Source: Lingula anatina (taxonomy: Eukaryota; Animalia; Brachiopoda). Taken from it: 64,000 bases of DNA. Location: positions 16,080,534-16,144,533 of the forward strand of contig CM120644.1 in assembly GCA_051362555.1 (NCBI GenBank), read 5' to 3'. Both the position numbers and the translations under genes were made by a program. Positions within the stretch are counted from its first letter, which is position 1, and each line of letters begins with the position of its first letter. The notes under the pieces were generated by a model, which made no database searches, was not told the origin of the DNA, and worked only from the letters and a program-made list of their open reading frames with translations. This document shows positions 63,761 through 64,000 of this stretch, piece by piece.

Positions 63761-64000
63761 CTGAAAAGGGGCAAATAATTTCCTTTTTAGTCTAATATCC
63801 AACAATTAAAAAAACCAAGCATCTCTCATTAATGTCAAATCAATTCTTACAATATACAGGGAGAAATGTAACTTCCATTAATTTTTTTCCCCCGAAATGT
63901 TGTCTGCAGTGTCAATTAGAAAAAAATGGGACATAATTTACTGTTATTTAAAAACTTACAAATCTTGTCCTTCTTTGAAATAACTTTGTTGTGTAAAATA

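Overview
AT-rich eukaryotic genomic DNA with GT-AG spliceosomal introns, probably a marine invertebrate (mollusc-like repeat landscape; inference). It is not prokaryotic, and most of the supplied ORF track is noise from repeats. Two protein-coding genes could be assembled by hand. (1) A complete 11-exon, 449-aa membrane-anchored histidine acid phosphatase (ACP2/ACPP family) on + at 39874-47539. (2) The last 9 exons of a cysteine-rich vWF/gel-forming-mucin-like gene (VWC-like repeats plus C-terminal cystine knot) on - at 56489-63760, continuing past the window. The left 39 kb has no convincing CDS but has several well-formed minus-strand exon candidates, suggesting a divergently transcribed gene that shares a ZNF143/YY1-type promoter with the phosphatase. 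The rest is dense in non-autonomous transposons: foldback Harbinger/Tourist-like MITEs (TAA TSD), Kolobok-like MITEs (TTAA TSD), CCC..GGG MITEs, 5-bp-TSD MITEs, Helentron-associated (HINE/pearl/DINE-type) elements with internal tandem arrays, a LINE 3' fragment split by a Kolobok-like MITE, a degenerate tRNA-SINE, a 34-bp minisatellite and microsatellites. I found no novel enzymatic system. The most unusual signals are structural: MITEs repeatedly sitting in local tandem duplications (two with an adjacent empty site), foldback arms that co-vary, head-to-tail HINE 3' ends in a mucin intron, a 146-bp array of nuclear-receptor DR1 sites, and candidate unannotated spliced transcripts. Coordinates were counted by hand and no database searches were run.
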